64,000 nucleotides of DNA from Monodelphis domestica (taxonomy: Eukaryota): the NCBI RefSeq assembly GCF_027887165.1, contig NC_077233.1:136177080-136241079 (forward strand), given 5' to 3'. The notes under the pieces are model-generated. The model was given only the letters and a program-made list of their open reading frames with translations, ran no database searches and was not told the DNA's origin. Numbering within the stretch: the first letter of the stretch is position 1; each line of letters begins with the position of its first letter. This document shows, piece after piece, positions 16,446-31,500 of the stretch. The translations under genes and the position numbers were made by a program.

Positions 16446-16577
16446 TCACTTTTCCTCAGTAGGAAGCCTAGGCCCCCCCAGCCCCAGAAGCCCGGTGGCT
16501 GTGCTGAAGAGATTGATTGGAGTGGAGCCATCTGTAATGAGGGTTGATTTTAGTCCAAGACCCTGAAGTAGTTTTAC
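16446..16577 (-). CDS. MVP: MVP terminal coding exon, stop TGA at 16448-16446
   Basis: Acceptor tcttatcatag|gta; [43 protein letters not shown]. The tail is shorter than and divergent from the human one. Confidence 0.75.
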   Translation of the reverse strand, partial: VKLLQGLGLKSTLITDGSTPINLFSTATGLLGLGGPRLPTEEK

Positions 16578-19500
16578 CTATGATAAGAGAAGGAAATACA
16601 ACAATTATAGGATGAAAAAATTTTACAGCGATAAGGAACCTTAGAAAATAATTCTTTTACATATAGATCTTAAAACAGTCTCTGGGGCTAAGTGGGCTTA
16701 ATTAACTAGCCCAGGGTCACACAGCAGGGACTTGCATACAGGTGTTCTGATTCTCTTTCTACTATACAAGTATCAAGTGGCATTAAAGCTGGAAGGGACC
16801 TTTGGGACTGTCTCTAGTTAAATTTCAATTTTATAAAGAGATTCAAAAGCATTCCTAGAACTCAGAATTTTTCCAGTCAGATCAGATCAACAGCAATTTT
16901 CTTCCCTTCCCACCCAAAACACACCAGCTTCTGGCCCTCAGAGATCTTCTTCCCAACCAGGACAGAAGGATTTTCCTTGGATTGCCAAGACCTTTTGGAC
17001 ATTCCTAAACTGGAGTGGTCTCCTCCCTCATTTCTTCTGGCTAGCTTACCTGCAGCTCAGGCCCAGCCAGCGCAAGGTCCCGAATAGTGCCAGAGCCCAA
17101 GGCCTCTGTCATCTCCTTGAACTTCTTAACCTCCACTTCTGCCAGTCTCTCTGCCTTGTTCAGTTCCAGCTCCATTTGGGCCTTGGAGTAGATGAGCTCC
17201 TGCTCCCTGGCTTTCTGTATTCGAAGTAATTCTGCCTCCTGAAGAAAGGAATTCAATCAGATCTCTGGGCCCTAAGGGGCAATATAAGCCACCACCCTCA
17301 TCTACCACTGCCTTGCTTTGTGGTTACCACTGCAAGTGCCCTACACTTTGAGGATGGATAAAAGTATAGGTGAAGCAAACACAGAATGGAGAAAAGAGAA
17401 AACAGAAATACAAAAAGAGGCTGATCACTAGGTCAGCCTTAGTGGGCTCAGTAAGGTTTTATGCAGAAAAGTAGGAATTTAGCTGAGCCTTGAAAGATGA
17501 GGAAGTAACACGAACCATGACACATAAAATAGGAAGGATATATCGACATTTCAGAAAAGAAGCTACTTTCCCCCTTTCAGGTTCCTTTCTTTTCTGCCTT
17601 GGCTCTAACCCAGGAACCTTTAAGGTGCTTCCTACTCACCGTTTCTATGGCTAAGGCCTCTGCCTTCAGCTTGGCCTGTAGAACTGCTCCTTCTCCCTCA
17701 ATCCGAGCTGCCTGGGCCCGGGATTCTGCCTCTGCTTTAGCAGCTCCAGTACTTTCCACAGCAGTGCTTGGGAAGGAAAAGTTGGATGAGACCCATGGCA
17801 AAAAAAGTCCTTTTCTTCCCTTCCCTACTTGAAACTTCCTGGCTTGGTACCATCTTTCTCCTGATTTCCTTGTTTCTTTCAATAATTCAATTCAGCATTT
17901 ATTAATCAGTATTAAGTGAGGCAACATACAGAAGAAAATAAGAACAGTAGTTTAAGGTTCAATGAGTGGGGATGAACTTTGGTTCTCACTTATTTAAATT
18001 GGTCAAAGGAGGGAAGAATACATACACACAGTTGGGTAGAGAAATATAGTTCACATAACTAGGAAATGGGTGAAAAGAAGAAAGATGTAGCAATAAGAGG
18101 AAGAGCAGATTGAAACTTAGTGGGTGTACAAAACACACATTTATAAATATTTACATATAGTTTTTTTGTGGTGATAAAGAATTGGAATTGATTGAGTACC
18201 CATCAGCTAGGGAGTAGAAGAGCAAGTTATAGTATAGAAATATGATAGAATACTATTATGCTCTAAGATACAATGAAAGGGATAGTTTCAGGGAAACCTG
18301 GAAAAATATATATGAACTGATAGAGTGAAGTGAACAGAAACAGGAGAACAATTTACACAGTGACAACAATATGGTAAAACAAATATCTTGAAAGATTTGT
18401 GAATTCTGATCAGTTTAACAATCAACCACAATTCATAAGATTTGTGTGATGAAACATGCTGTTTGCCTCAGCAGAAAAGTGAAGGGCTTGGAGTATGGAA
18501 GCAGATGTGTGTGTGTGTATCTGTGTAAATAAAATTTTCTTTTGGATAAGGCCAATGCAGAAATCTGTTTTGCTTGACTATACACATTTTTAATAAGGAT
18601 TTTTTCTTTTGATCATTTTGTGGGAAGGTAGATTTTTGCTCATTGAAAAAATTTAATGAAATTTAATAAAATTTAAAAAAATAAAAAAGGAAAGCAATTT
18701 GGAATTCTAATTCCAGAGGTACTCAACTCTCTATGTCCTTTGACCTAGCAATACTCCTACTAGACCCCAATATTTCAAAGAGAATAAAGGGGGGGAAAAA
18801 AGGACCCATGTACTTCTGTACAAAATATTTCTAGTAGCTCTTTATGTAGTGGCAAGAACTGGAAACTAAGGGGATGCTAAGGGAAACTAAGGATCACCTG
18901 GGGAATGGCTAAAGAAACTACAGTATATGAATATAAGGGAATACTATTGTGCTATACAAATGAAAAGATGTTTTCCACGAAACTTGGCAAGATCTGTATG
19001 GACCAAGCAAAACCAGAGCAATTTACAGGATAACATCAACATTTCAAAACCAAGCAAATCTGAAAGCCTTAAGAACTATTGATTATGCAGAAGAGCAGAA
19101 CCAGGAGAACATTGTACACAGAGACTGATACACTGTGGCACAATTGAACGTAATGGACTTCTCCATTAGTGGCAATGCAGTGATCCTGGACAACTGGGAG
19201 GGATTTATGAGAAAGAACACTATCCACATTCAGAGGAAGAGCTGTGGGAGTAGAAATACAGAAGAAAAACAACTGCTTCAATACATGGGTCGATGCTGAT
19301 ATGATTGAGGATGTAAACTCTAAATGAACATCCTAGTGCAAACAACAACATGGAAATGGGTTCTGATCAAGGACATGTGTAATACCCAGTGGAATTGTGA
19401 GTTGGCTGCGGGAAGGGTGGGTGGAGGGGAGGGAAGGAAATAATGTAATTATTGTAACCAAGGAATAATGTTCTAAATTGACTAAATAAATTAATTCAAA

Positions 19501-22500
19501 TTCTTTTAAAAAAACTGTTGATTACAGGAGCTTCATGATGAAGAAAGCTATCCACCTCATGACAGCGATGATGGACTAAGAGACAATGAGATACACATTT
19601 TTGTATGTGGTTAATGTTTACTTGACTAGGGTTTTGCAAGGGGAGGGGAGAGGAAGGGAAAAGAAATGCTTGATAATTTAAAAAAATTGTTTTAAGTGAT
19701 AGGAATAAGATAAGTACCACATAGACACCTCACCCTCAAGGAATTTAGAATCCCACATTGGGGAATATGATATGTAAACAGTAAGTAGGATATGATACAA
19801 AGCAGAGTAAAACAGACTAAAATGAGGAAGGAATATGTTCTAGGAATGGAGGCTGGTCTTTTTGGATAGATAGGAACAAATGAGCACAAGAAAGAAAAGG
19901 GAATAACAAATAGTTCAGTCTGTCCAGAATATCCCTTTTGTGAAACAAAAGAATTATAAAATAAAGGTGGGAAAGTAGGTTGGGACCATAACTGTGGAGG
20001 GCCTTTGATACCAGGCTAAAGGAGTTTGATATTTTACTCTAGAGGCCATGGTGAGCCATGAGGGTTTTTATAAGTAGAAGAGTGAAGTCATTAGCCCTGT
20101 GCATTAGAAACATGATTTTGGCAGTCATGTGATCACTAAATTGAGGATGGGGAGACTCTGGAGACAGGGAAACCAGTTAAGAGGCTATCATAATCCAGAT
20201 AAAGGCTTAACAGTATGCTGGGAGAACAGAAAATGCTCTCCCACAGCACTCCTTTTATTCTTTATTTCTTGCGTCAAGGAAAGACTGTACAAGGAGAGAG
20301 ACTGGATTATGATGATGGTGTCAACAGAAATGGAGGTTGGGGCAGATTTAGGGGAAATTTGATGGGAGCAGTTGGAAGATGAGTTTGAGGGACTGGTGAG
20401 ATATTTTGGTGGAGATGTCAAGCAGACAGCTGAAACAATGGAATAGAGGCTTTGGAGAGCTAAGTATTCAGAAATGGAAGTAACTCATATATTCCAAGGT
20501 TGGAGAATAAGAATAAATTGTAATATCTTCATGTAGTAGAATATTTTTTTTTTTTTTAAAGTGTGACATATGGGAGAGGTGGTGGGAGGGGGGAGGAGGA
20601 AAAGAAAATGATCTTTGTTTCCAATGAATAATGTTTGGAAATGACCAAATAAAATAATGTTTAAAAAAAAAAGTGTGAAATAAGGAGCTATGGAAAGACC
20701 AATGAGATGACGCAAAGTAACATCATAGCATTGAAACTGTATACATCAACGATATGTACCTCCTGTCCCCCTCTCCTCCCAAAAAAGTAAAGAAAATAGC
20801 CAAAAGGTGGCAAGGCCCAGAAAGGGACACAAACCATCTTATTTGCCAGTACTTCTGTTAACTCTTTTGGTTCTGTTTTGTAAAAAAAATTAGGGGGGAC
20901 TTTGAGAAGATTTCAGTCATTTCTCTTAAATGTTCATTTTATTGTTTTGGTGACACTTAAACTTAAGTTTTTAAAATTACTGGTGACATTGGAAAGTAAG
21001 AGTAACAGAAGGTAGGAACTCTCTCCTGTTCCTTTGGCCAGAGGGGGTCAAGGAAGTGGTCTCTTTGCCTTCTCTAGGTTTTCTTCTTTTCTCTCCTTAT
21101 TTAGTTGTGTCTGACTTTGCTTGACCCCATTTGGGATTTTCTTGGCAGAGACACTAAAGTGGTTTGTCATTTTCTTCTCCAGCTCATCTTATAGAAGAGG
21201 AAACTGAGGCAAACAGGGTTAAGTATTTTTCCCAGATCACAAAGCCAGTAAGTGTTGGAGGCCAGATTTGAACTCAGGAAGATGAGTTTTCCTGACTCCA
21301 GGTCTGACACTCCATCCCCTGTGCCACCTGGATACCCTCTTCTCTCCTTACCTCTCAGCTTCAAGGAGCAGCAGCTCCTTTCGAGCTTTTTCGGCTTCTG
21401 CTTGGTCCAAGATCTTCTGACGCTCCAGCCGCCCCCGAGCCTCCTGCTCTAGTCTCTGAGCCTCATGTCTGAAAGAAAAGGAGATGGGAAAAGACTCTTG
21501 AGGATAGTTGTAGAAGAAGAATGGGAGCGAGGCAGGGCCAGAGACAAGTACATTATGGGGGGAGGAAGGAAACTGGCATTTATCAAGCACTTGCTATGTA
21601 CGCAGCAACGTGCTAAGTTCTTTACAAAAATTGTTTCATTTGGTCTTTGAAACTCTGGGAAGCAGATCACACAGCTAGTGAAACATCTGAGGCTGAATTT
21701 GAATCACTTGGCTACCTTAAGGAGGTCTCTAGATGTTAAGTATACTCAATATACAAAGGCAGCTGAGTGGTGTAGTTGATATAGTGCTAGTCCTGGAGTC
21801 AGGATGACCTGAGTTCAAATATAGGTTTAAGTACTTACTAGCTATAGGACCTTGGGCAAGTTGCTTGACCTCTGTTTGCCTCAGTTTCCCCATCTGTCAA
21901 ATGGGAGTAATAATAGCACCTCCCTCCCCAAACTATGGAAATGAGTGCAGAACTGGGCATGGGTGGGGAAAGCTAGCTGCTCCACTTACTTAGCTGCAGC
22001 TTCTTGGGAATTGGTAGTGATTTCAATGGCCAGCTGGACACTCCGTTGTAAAGCATCCCGGGTCCGCTGGTCCACGGGTTCTACAGACTGGACATCCACA
22101 CTACTGACTACCAATCCATTCTGAGGGAAGAAGGCTCGGTCCCGGGGTGGAGGCAGGGCAGCACCCCCAGGTCCTTTCTCTGCTCTTTCCTCAAAACCAA
22201 AGACAGACATACGAATGATGCGAGCTGAATTCTTATGGAAGTCATCAAAGGTGACTGAGGCCACAGCCCCTCGAACCCTGGAGGCAATGGCTTTGCAAGC
22301 GTCACCCACAAAGTCTGGGACAGAGAAGAGCCGAGCAGCCTCTTGGGGGTCATTCCGGTCTGTCAGTTCAAAGTGCCTGTGGGTGAAGAAAGAGAGAAAG
22401 AGGTTCCATCTCCTTCTTCAACAATGAAGTCCTCTATTTAGGCCTCTGCCTAGGAGTCAGGATTTTTTTTTCAGATCTAATTACTTCTTGTCTCGATTAT

Positions 22501-25500
22501 TGAAATGGACTCCTAAATGGTCTCCTTACCTCTAGTTTTACCCCCCCTCCAATCTGTCTTCCACAGTTGCCAAAGTGATTTTTCCTTATGTAAAATTATA
22601 AGTAGGTCACCTTCCTACTCAAATTCTAGAGTTGTTTTATTATCTTTAGGATAAAATATAATCGTAAAAAATAATAATAGTAATGTAATATTTATATTGT
22701 GCATACTATGTGCCAGAGACTGTACTAAGCGATTTTTACAAATATCTCATTTGATCCTCACAGTTTTGGGAGGGAGGTGCTATTATTATCCCCATTTGAC
22801 AGGTGAGGAAACTGAGGCAAACAGAGGTCAAATGATTTGCCCAAGGTCCTACAGCTAGTAAATACTTAAGCCTACATTTGAATTCAGGTCATCCTGACTC
22901 CAGGACTAGAACTATATCAACTGCACCACCCAGCTGCCTATAAATAAACTCTTTTGTTTGGCTTTTGAAGTTCTTTACAATCTAATTTGGTGCTATGTAT
23001 CTGTTTTTGTTATAAATTATTCCTGTGTGGGAAAAAATAACTCTACTCCACCCCATGACACCCACAATGGCCTAGCATGGTTGGCATGTAACATCTCGAT
23101 GGAGGGGGCAGTGAGCTGAACTTTAAAAAAGCTGTTCATAATTCTCCCCTACTCCAAATGCCCTTTCTTCCTCAAACATCTCTTATTTACTCTATGTATT
23201 ACTTATACATTAATATTTTCTTCCCAAAGAATGTAAGCTCTCTGAAAGGATAATTTAATTTTTGTCACTGTATCCTCAGCACTTAGCACAGAGTATGGCA
23301 TCAGCTATAAGGTTCTCCATGATCCAGACTCTGCTTAGTCTGACTCTTGACTATTTCCTAGGAACCTCCCTTTCCATTACTCAGGAGTTGGAGGCGAGTT
23401 TCCCTCCCAGCTCCTCCCCCCACCACACCCCCCACCTACAAAGCTGGCGCTGGTCCTAGGAAAGGTCTGTGTCCACGGTGATCCCTAGTTACCAGTTGTA
23501 AGCCAGCTGCAGTTGTAGCCGGGCATGGTCTGCTGTTTCAATAGTGATGACATCAGTAAAGAAATCAGGCCCCAGCAGCAGGCAGAGTGTCCGGCGGGCA
23601 TGGGGGCGCTTGGGCCGGCCAGCTGAGAGGGACAACACTGTGAACTGCTCCTCAGGACCAAGGCATACCAACTCTGGCCCAAACACAACCCTGTGGAAAG
23701 TATGAAGAGTCAGCCAAATAGAGAAGCATCTTTTTTAGTGTTTTTAATAGATCCCAGGACTAAGAGAAAGAAACCACCTAACATTCCACTCAGGATAGGA
23801 TAGTCTTTTCCCCATGCTTTCCCTGACCTTGCTTTCTTTTCTCTGTAGTCATACACCTGTACAGCGGCATTGTGGGGAACTCGGTAGCTCACAACTCGAG
23901 TCTTATCCCTGGTGGCAGGGAGCTCACGATTTCTTGATTCTCCCACTGCACCCCTGTCTGCCAGTGGATCTTGCCCCTTGCTCAGCAGTTCTTCCACCCC
24001 AGGTGGCAGCTCCTTCTCCCATAGTTCTTCATCTTGGGTCAGCATATAGGTTTCACCAACAACTGCCCGGACCTAAAGAAGAGACCAGGCTAAAGACATT
24101 CTCCAAGAAGGCAGGGATAAGGAAATATAAAACCAAAGCTTTAACCTATCCTGTTCCTTTTAACTCAAACTATAATCTTATCTAACCATTTTACCCCTAT
24201 GTTAGGTGCTAACAGACAATTGATAAACATCTATTGAATTGAATGAAAAAAAAATCTGGATTTTTGCTCCACTACTAACTCATTAAGTGACTTTGGGCAA
24301 GTTTCTTCCCTCTCTGGGTCTCAGTTTTCTCCTATACACAGACTAGGGGAGGATAGAGCAGCAATTAGGTGATTTCTGAGGTCCCTCTGCTCTGAAACCT
24401 AGAGTGTTGAGATCTGAAATGCCACTCCTTGCCAGCTGAGATCCCACCCATTTCTAAGAGCTTAGTTCAAATGCTTTGTCTCTCATTAAGCCTTCTCCAA
24501 TTTCTCTTTCATCTGTTATAATCTTCCCAAAGCCTATTCCAAGTCCTCACATAGCATTGTGCATATATCTCTCTTAATAAATGTTTGATGAATTGAGTTT
24601 AGTAAGGACATATTATGCAGAACATTGGGCTAGGCCCTAGAAGAAACATTAAGTTAAATAATATATAGTACCTGCCCTCATGGAACTTCCCGCCTGATCA
24701 TTTTTATTTTCTTATATGGCTGGCAAGTAGCTGGCCCTTAAGACAATTCCAAAAGATGAGTATACCAGAAACATGGAATTTTTTTTTTTTTGAGCCTGTG
24801 TCTCCCTAGCTTATCCTGACCACAGTACAACAGCTACTCAGGGCCTGACCCCACTTGCTGATCAGAATGGAAATTCTGATCTGCTCTATTTTTCTAACAA
24901 GGGCTGGTTCTGCCCTCCTTAAGCAGCTCATGGTCCCCTGACTCGTAGAGGTTCATTATGTGGGTTTAGTATGAACACTTAAATTAGCTTTAGCCCTAAT
25001 AAATTTCAGAACTCCCAAACTCTGACAGCAATCTGCCAGCCTCAGTGTCCCCAGTAGCAGGGACCACCATGGTGTTCACCACCACACAAGGAAGCCACTC
25101 CATTAATATCTCTCTTATTACTGTCTCCCTCTTAGTCACTAGGATTGGTTCCCTTAATCTTATAGTTACTTCCTCTTTTTCTTACCTGTTTCATCTCTAT
25201 CTAGGCAGCTGACCATAAGAGCAGGTCTTCCAGAATATTTCCCAGGCAAGAGAGCATATTCAAATTTATAAATGATACCCCAGGATAAAGACAGTGAGAT
25301 AAAAGACACCATTTTCCTTTCTGTGACCTTCAGGGAGGTGGATATGGTGTTTTAGGTATGGAGAAGGTCAATCACCAGAGACTTGGAAAAACTGAATCAA
25401 AGTTTTAACAATCAGATTGGAACTAGGTTGTTTACATTCATATACTATACTGTAAAAATGGAGATTTGAACCTCAGACTTCAATCCCCAGAAGTCCTTGG

Positions 25501-28500
25501 CACTTCCCAGAATTCCCTATAATCTCACCTGAATCCCCACCTGGGCCAAGAACAAAATTTGTATTTAAATTGACTGTATCTCCCACTTGGTCTCTCTGCT
25601 TCTGCTTCTAAGCATACGAGTCTCTCAAGATGTAGTAAGTGAAATTGAATGGGTTATGTGCCCTAGGCACGTGCTTTCTTATTTTGTATTTCTTTATCCT
25701 TGATTTCTAATAATCTTTAATAAACCTCTAAAAATATAATACTTTTAGTAGAGAAACTAATTTAACTGTTACAATACTCTGGTTGGTATTAGTAATCAGA
25801 AAAAAAATTAGGTCAAGATCTGGCAGAATCATTTGATGAGAGGCCCACTGATTGGGGCTTATGGTTTACTTTACTCTTTAATCTGATTTAACTCCAGGTT
25901 CTAGACAAAAGTTTGGCTATCCCCCTCACATGTGGAATGCTCCTAATTTCTGCCTTCTGGTTTCTTCAAGTCCCAGGGAAAATTCCACCTACAGGAAACC
26001 CTGTATTTCCTTATTCTTTTTTTTTTTAAATAAACTCCTAACTTCTGTCTTTGATCAATACTATGAATTGGTTCTAAGAAGAATAGTAAGGGCTAGGCAA
26101 TGGGAGTTAAATGACTTGCCCAGGGTCTCATAGCCAGGAAGTGTGTGAGGCCAGATTTAAACCTAAGATTGCCCATCTCTATCCATTGAGCCACCTAGCT
26201 GGCCCTATTCCCTTATTTTAAATTTCTCTTCATTTTAATGCCTTCTTTTTGTTGACTATTTCCTATTTAACCTGTATATAATTTGTACATGGGAACTTGG
26301 ATGCTGTCACCCCTATTAGATTGTGAAGTTCTTGAGGGCAGGGATTATTACATTTCTTTGTAACCCCAGGTCTTAGCACAGTGCTTGGCACATAGCAGGT
26401 GCTTAAAAAATTGTTTACTAGCTACTTCTATAAATCACTTAGCATCAAGATTTGAGTTCTAATTTTGGGAACTTTGAGACCTTTTAGACTGTAAACTCCT
26501 TGAGGGCTTTTTATTAATTGTAACCCCAGGGTTTAGCACAGTACCTGGCATATAGTAGGAGCTTAATAAATGTTCATTGGATTAGGCTGGAGTTCTGTCA
26601 CTTATAAGTGGTCTGACTGAGGGAAGGTCACCTTTCTATTCTAGGTTTCTGTTTCTTCATCTAAAAAATGAGGATCTGCTTCTACTGTGGGAAATAATTG
26701 AGGTAAGATGTCAGAAAAAGGGAGGCAAATCTTTCCCTGGGAGCTTGGAGGTAGGCATGGGGTTCTATAGCTCCATGGCCAATTCTGTGTAAGCTGAAGT
26801 TTTAATTCAGACAACTGAGAAAGTTTCAAATCAGCCATGGAGAGAGTTGCTGAACCTGAAGTCTGGAAGATTTGTATTCAAATATGGTTTCTGACACTAA
26901 TTGTATGACCCTGAATAAGTCACTTAACATCTCTCTGCCTCAGTGTTCTCATCTGCAAAATGGAGACCATAATAACAGTCCCTCCCTTCCCTTCACAGGG
27001 TTGTTGCTAAGACTAAAGGACATAGTGCAACCATTACAAATATGAATAACATGAAAATAGGTTTTGAGTAATAAGACGTGCATAAACCAGTGGAATTGCT
27101 TGTCAGCTCTGGGCGGGGGGAAGGAAAAGGGGAGAGAGAGCACATGAATCATGTAACCATGGAAAAATATTCTAAATAAATTAATTAAATTAAAAAATAA
27201 AATTCAAATGAAATAAAATAATGTGAAAAAAATAAAGGAGGTGGTATATGTAAAGGAATTGATGAACCTTAATGAGCTATAAGTCAAGCTATTATTCTTT
27301 CATTTCGGATCTGAGTTTGGAAGTCTTTCCCCAGGTTCCAGACTCACCTTGCCAGTCTTGACATCTCTCACATAGATGCCTTCATTCTCATCCAGGGGAA
27401 TGGCCTGGCGTTGCTCTATCACTTCTACTTTGGCTGGAGGAACATACTCCAGGGGTCCCCTAATCAGCCAGCGATCTCCAGCCCGCTTGCTGGAAACCTT
27501 TTCCTCACCAATCTCCCCACCTTCTCCCTCGGTCAGAGGCTGGAGGGCCCTTAGGAGCAGTCCTTCATCTTCTGACAGCACAAACACCTGCTGGATCCCC
27601 TGCTCCAAACTCTCCCCAGGCTGAAGGAAGAAGGATTTCTCCCCCTGTCGGGAAAAGACACAAAGTCAGGACAAAGGACGCTTTCTGTTCGCGACGGGGC
27701 CTGCCCGCGTCCTGCCGGCCTCGTCACCTTCACCACGCGCTTGTGTCCCAGCTGGTTCTTGCCGTCGGGCCCCACGGGGTCGACAATCACACAGTAGTTC
27801 CGAGGACCCAGGGTGGTGATTTTCACAATTCCCAGCACCTCCTCGTAAACATCAGGCACGTGGGCTTCGGCGTCCGCCTGGGTGACCAGCCACTCTTCTC
27901 CGGTGTGGCGCGGCACGCCTCTCACGTCGCGGAAGTTCTGCAGAGCCCGGAGGTGCAGGGCTATCTGTGAAGGGAGACGAGAGCTAGAGGGACCTTTTGC
28001 CTCTCAAGAAATCCAGAAGGATGTGATCTCCCGCTCAGTGGCCATAACATTAATGCCAGGAGAGCCGCCATGTATATGCTGCTCTTTGATCTTGACCATC
28101 AACTCATCCTTTCTTAGCCTTCTTCATCCTGACAGGATCTCTGGTTCCTTACTACTGACTACTTCCTCCCTGATCCAAGAGACTTAGGAAAGCTATACGG
28201 ATAGAAAAGGGTCTTCCATTTACCCTACTTCCAGAGTGATGCCCCAACACCTGCCAGTGAGGTTAGAAGAATGGCGTTAACTTATTCTTGTGTCATGGAT
28301 GCTTTTGGGAGTCTGGTACCCATGGATTCCTTCTCAGAATAGGGATTTTCAATGCATAAAATAAAACGTAAAGGATTACAAAGGAAATCAAGGCTATTGA
28401 AATATAATTTAAAAAATTAGGGGGCAGCTGGGTGGCTCAGTGGATTGAGAGCCAGGCCCAGAGATGGGAGGTCCTGGGTTCAAATCTGGCCTCAGACACA

Positions 28501-31500
28501 TCCCAGCTGTGTGACCCTGGGCAAATCACTTAACCCCCATTGCCTAGCCCTTACCACTCTTCTGCCTTGGAACCAATACACAGTTGTATTGGTTCCAAGG
28601 CAGAAGGGTTTAAAAAAAATTTAGAGACTGCAAAGTTAAGAACCAATGGGCTAGGGGTTCTTGAAATGAGAACTGAATTCTCATTTTCTAGACTGATCGC
28701 TATTCATTTTCTCCCTTGATACTCCCCCTTATCCTGCTTTCCTACAAAATCTCATCGTCCATGGGAGTCTTCCCCATTCAGCTTCCTGTAGTGCTTTAGT
28801 GCTTGTGGGGTTCCTCCCATTCCCCAGGAGCTTATAAACCTTGTCTGTGAGGACCACAGCATTGACCACATCCAGAACTTCTTCAAACACACCTGGGAGG
28901 TAAGCTCCCACCGAGCGTACCAGCCATTCTTCTCCTATCAGAGAATGGAGAGAGTCATGTTAAAAGTTTAGAAACTTGGCAAACCCTGAAAAAACAATCC
29001 CCTTTGATTCTGGTCACGAATGCTCCTCCTCAGAACAGACAGATGGAGGTCAGAGACTGAGACGCTACCTGTCTCTGGTTAGTCCTATCTGAAAAATTCT
29101 GCTCATTATAATTTATTTCTGTTGTTTTCTAACCTCAGCAATGCTTTTTTTTTTAAAGGCTGATCTTGAACCTTGGGAGAAAAAGCCCTTTGATGTGGAG
29201 ACTTCATAATTGCCAGTGCTTATGTATCTTCCAGCCTCCTTCAGATACTTTGCCTTTTTCTTTTTCTTTTTTTTTAAACCCTTACCTTCCATCTTGGAAT
29301 CAATATTCTATGGGTTCCAAGGCAGAAGAGTGGTAAGGGCTAGGCAATGGGGGTCAAGTGACTTGCCCAGGGTCACACAGCTGGGACGTGTCTGAGGCCT
29401 GATTTGAATCTAGGACCTCCCATCTCTAGGCCTGGCTCTCAATCCACTGAGCCACCCAGCTGCCCACACTTTGCCTTTTTCTTAACTTTAAACACTGCCA
29501 AGTTCCTGAGGCTTCTTGGAGAGAGCTAAGTTCTCCATGCCCGTGGTTCCTCCACCTTCCCCCCAGTCCTTCTCTTTATAAACATATCTACCCTTATCTT
29601 TGTTCTCCCCATTCCAGATCATCCCTTCTTCCTTACCTCATCCCCATTTCATCTGCCTCTAGCCCTACTCTCCCCTTACCTGTCACCCTCTGTTTGCCAT
29701 CCCGGTCCAGACATTCCTTCCGGGCCCGTAGTCGAAGAGCCTGGTTGTGTAGGATCACCGTGGCCTGGATTGTCTCCACCACTTCCACCTCCTTTTGGGG
29801 GATGTATGTGCCTGAGAGGTTGGCATGGAAATGGCATTATTGTATTGTTCAGAAAACTGATTATCATACTGTTTAAATCTAATTTTATGTGATTAGAGAT
29901 TGTTTGAATCCAGAATGTTGTCTTGATCTCAGTAATTCTCTAGGAATGCCAGAGATAGTTAGAAGGAATTTTGGGCTCCCTTCACCCCCACTCTGGGATC
30001 AATCTAAAACATTTTCTGTTTTGGGTTGACTTAACCAGAATCATGTTTTAGTTTTTCACCCGAGCTTGTGTATTGGATTCTCTTTGTGTTTTGGCTTTTT
30101 ATTTTATTCTATTGAATATTTTTAATTTGAACATAATTGAATATTTATGTTGATATCCATCTCAATCAACTTTTTTTTGAAGCTGCCCTCTCTGCAAAAT
30201 TGCTTAATTGCATGTGAAGTTCATATGCCTTTGTCTAAATCCTATATAATGTGAAACTTTCCAGAGCCTGGAGAATATGGAGCCACACTATTTTCTGCAC
30301 TCTCTCCTCCACCAAATGAGCTAATACATTTCTAAAACTACTTCAGATTTTGGGATTTGTTCTCATCACTGACAAAAGAAAGGGAAAAGAGGGAATAGGA
30401 AAGGTCAGGATAGTGTAATGCCCAGATTTTAGCCAATAAAAAATATGAGGACATTTCCCAAAGAATAACATTGTTTATTAATGGGAGTATTCAAATCCAT
30501 TAAGAAAGAGTGCATCTTTCCAGTGAGCTAAGATGGTTTGGTGGATAGAGAGCCAGGCCTAGTTTTGGGAAGTTTTTGGAAGTAAATCTGGTCTCAGACA
30601 CTTTCTAGCTGTGTGACCCTGGGCAGATCATAATGCAAATTGCCTAGCCCTTACTTATCTTCTGCCTTGGAACCAATGTATATTATCGACTCTAAGAGAG
30701 AAGGTAAGGATTTAAAAAAACAACTGCATAATACATGTAAAGTCCAGTGGAACTGCTTGTCAACTATGGGAGTGGGGAAGGAAGAGGGGAAGGAGACAAC
30801 ATGAATCCTGTAACCTTGGAAAACTTATTGTGTAAATTTGTCACTGGAATAAAATAAATTTTGAAAAAATGAATTTTTCACTAGTCTTTTTTCTTCTTTT
30901 TCTTCCTCTTCCCTTCTTAGAATTACTATTAAGTACTGGTCCCAAGGCAGAAAAGTGGTAAGGGCTAAGCAATTGGGGTTAAGTGACTTATCCAAAGTCA
31001 CACAGCTGGGGCACTCTTTGTGGTGGCAAAAAATTGGGAAATGAAGGGGTTTCCCCTTGATTGGGGAATAACTGAACAAATTGTGATATATGATGGTGAT
31101 GGAATACTATTGTGCTTTAAAGAATGCTGAATTACCCATTCCTACTAAAAACACTAGAAAGCATAGGAATAGAAAAGTCATTCCTAAAAATAATAAACAG
31201 TATATATCTAAAACCATCAACTAATATCATCTGCAATGGGGATAAACTAAATCCATTCCCATTAAGATCAGGAGTGAAACAAGGATGCCCATTATCAGCT
31301 CTATTATTTGACATTGTATTAGAAACACTAGCAGTAGCAATTAGAGAAGAAAAAGAAATTGAAGGCATCAAAATAGGCAAGGAGGAGACCAAATTATCAC
31401 TCTTTGCAGATGACATGATGGTCTACTTAAAGAATCCTAGAGATTCAACCAAAAAGCTAATCGAAATAATCAACAACTTTAGCAAAGTTGCAGGATACAA

